DNA of 9,586 nucleotides from the NCBI GenBank assembly GCA_000004985.1, contig GG739035.1, one strand, 5' to 3'. Positions 8,080 through 9,586 of this stretch are shown piece after piece (position 1 is the stretch's first letter; the number at the start of each line of letters is the position of its first letter). A program made the position numbers and the translations under genes. The notes beneath the pieces were generated by a model. It was given only the letters and a program-made list of their open reading frames with translations, had not been told where the DNA came from and ran no database searches. Origin of the DNA: Naegleria gruberi (lineage: Eukaryota).

Positions 8080-8131
8080 ATCTAAAATATTAAATAAAGG
8101 TTTATGAACTAGTTCCAAATACTTTTATTCT

Positions 8132-9375
8132 TTACATTATTGAACATTTCTTCTTTTTGACTTGTACCCTCTTTTTACATTCCTCAATGTATGAGATGTC
8201 TTGTTCAATACATCCTTTCAATAAAGTAAGATTATCAATTCCACCAAGTCTTTGCTTTCTAACAGTTTCCTCAAATATGGCATCGATGTTTTCTCCATTT
8301 TTGGCGCTACATTCAATAATGGAATAGTTCAATAATGAATTATCTGAAACAATTGAATTTACTTCTTGTCTAAAACGATCAATTGTTTCATTTCTATTTG
8401 TGCTAACCAATAAATCCATCTTGTTTAAAACAAACACCACAGGCATATCATTAACTTCAACATCTTTGCAACGTAACATGTTCTCTACGTGTCTACGCAT
8501 ATCTGATACAGAGTTTTCATCACTTGAAGAACATACAATTACAAATGCATCTCCAACTCTCATATATTGATCTATTAAGAGGTATTATTAATTGAATTAT
8601 ATTCCAAAATAAAATCCCTTACCTCTCCATGCTAACATAATATTAGTCGAGTTTCTAATTAAATTTACTTACTAGAAAACTCCTCAGGTCCTAATAGTTA
8701 TCATCAAAATTAGTTAATCATAATTATTGCCAAACATTACAAAAACTCACCTGCAGTATCGAGAATTTCTACCATGGCTGGCTCTTCATCAACCCTAAAA
8801 TACTTTCTGTATGTATCCTCAATTGTCGGATCATATTCAGTAATAAAAATATGCTGAATAAAGAAAATGGTTATTGCAGATTTTCCTTTTTTCATAATTA
8901 TGGTAAGTGTGAAATAAATAGGTCCATAATAAAATTCTATTAGAATCGAATAATAGAATTACTCACCCACTCCTCCTTCCCCAAGCACTATTATTTTAAC
9001 TTCCTCTTGTTGTTGTACATTCGGATCATATTTTGGTCGTTTGTAAAGTTTAAATTTGATATAACTTGCTAATAAAATTTTCCTCTTCATTTCGTCTCGT
9101 TTAATCATTCGTAATCTAAGTTTCTCCAAATCATTTCCAAATAATTGACCAATTCCAAAATTCTTTTCGAATACTTTCCACCAAAAGGCATTGAAATAAT
9201 CTTGCATTTCCTTCATATTCGAAATTTTCTTATTAATTGATTGAAATTTGGCAACCATTCGGATATCTGAATTTCTACTTGATGGATTTTTCAATTCGCT
9301 ATCAGCTCCAAACGATAAAATATGTTGGAATATTTCATAGGGAAGTAATGAGAACAAACTTTCATGTGGAGCCAT
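8132..9375 (-). CDS. Ras-subfamily small GTPase with a polybasic + CaaX C-terminus and a ~125 aa N-terminal extension that carries an F-box-like motif. Five-exon model; the start/end given here are the gene extremes.
   Basis: Exons on the minus strand: 9375..8967, 8885..8751, 8690..8673, 8631..8623, 8571..8132. Introns are 81, 60, 41 and 51 nt, with donors GTGAGT, GTGAGT, GTAAGT, GTAAGG and acceptors aaaaAG, tattAG, tgttAG, aataAG, all in phase 1. The spliced product has the expected Ras motifs: G1 P-loop [16 protein letters not shown], switch [16 protein letters not shown], switch II region [29 protein letters not shown]4 VFVLNKMDL and G5 ECSAKNG. The C-terminus [11 protein letters not shown] is a polybasic stretch plus CaaX (CSIM). 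Start at 9375 is ATG in the context aaaaaaaATGgc; the ORF-track start at 9402 is TTG. The N-terminal extension is [30 protein letters not shown]...[13 protein letters not shown]...FNAFWWKVF. Total 336 aa. Confidence 0.75.
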
Positions 9376-9522
9376 TTTTTTTAGTTTGAACAAAAAGTTC
9401 AAGGAACTGAGTTCATATGTTCGATTTCAATGCACAGTTCCAATCATTAATAGGTTTTCAATAATCTTTGATATTGAAATAGGAATAAATCATTTTTTAT
9501 ATATCTTTATTCGATAATGTTA

Positions 9523-9586
9523 TTATTTATTCAAGATTTTATTCAACTCTTCTTGATAATCGTCCTGATCTATGAGACCCTCATCA
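9523..9586 (-). CDS. Possible 3' end of a further minus-strand CDS entering from the right edge (acidic C-terminal tail).
   Basis: The minus-strand frame reads ...DEGLIDQDDYQEELNKILNK and then a double stop TAATAA (plus 9525-9520). Only ~21 codons are visible, so this is weak. Confidence 0.25.
   Translation of the reverse strand, partial: DEGLIDQDDYQEELNKILNK

Noticed and set aside
6099-8081. Possibility that the two 5S-like repeats are 5S-derived SINEs or LTR-like repeats of a mobile element carrying the F-box gene.
   Set aside because: Each repeat is a complete 5S with terminator and upstream TATA-like element. Similarity ends exactly at the gene borders, with no 5S-unrelated tail, target-site duplication or internal transposase/RT.
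1-9586. Prokaryotic-style systems: CRISPR arrays, toxin-antitoxin pairs, defence islands, operons.
   Set aside because: The sequence is eukaryotic, with spliceosomal introns, a CaaX-tailed Ras, F-box proteins and a Pol III 5S gene. No direct-repeat/spacer arrays or Shine-Dalgarno-linked gene clusters are present.

Overview
This 9.6 kb window is AT-rich, compact eukaryotic nuclear DNA, not prokaryotic. It has spliceosomal introns of 41-81 nt with GTGAGT/GTAAGT/GTAAGG donors and AG acceptors. Start codons sit in an A-rich aaaATG context, and the proteins carry S/N/G/Q-rich low-complexity runs. There are three runs of N (83 bp, 2159 bp, and the flanks), which I read as scaffold gaps. I cannot name the organism. 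Gene density, short introns and dispersed 5S genes fit a fungus-like compact genome, possibly an early-diverging fungus, but that is inference only.

Supported content, left to right:
- A partial minus-strand gene (1..500) with an HTH-like N-terminus.
- A divergent promoter (501..589).
- Two plus-strand ORFs (590..gap, 1131..2036) around an 83-bp gap.
- A convergent intergenic region with a T-run and a palindrome.
- A frameshifted SPRY-like fragment on the minus strand (2622..2862).
- A plus-strand gene starting at 3101 that is truncated by a 2.16 kb gap, with a short C-terminal remnant (5713..5891).
- A block where everything is on the minus strand: a Ras-family GTPase gene (9375..8132), a 5S rRNA gene (8079..7959), an F-box gene (7623..6454), and an identical second 5S rRNA gene (6224..6104). 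The GTPase gene has five exons, a K-Ras-like polybasic+CaaX tail and an N-terminal F-box-like extension.

There is no CRISPR array, operon or prokaryotic defence system. The most notable items are the dispersed, identical 5S genes interleaved one-to-one with protein-coding genes, and the GTPase with its N-terminal extension and a Pro at the Ras Gln61-equivalent position in my splice model.
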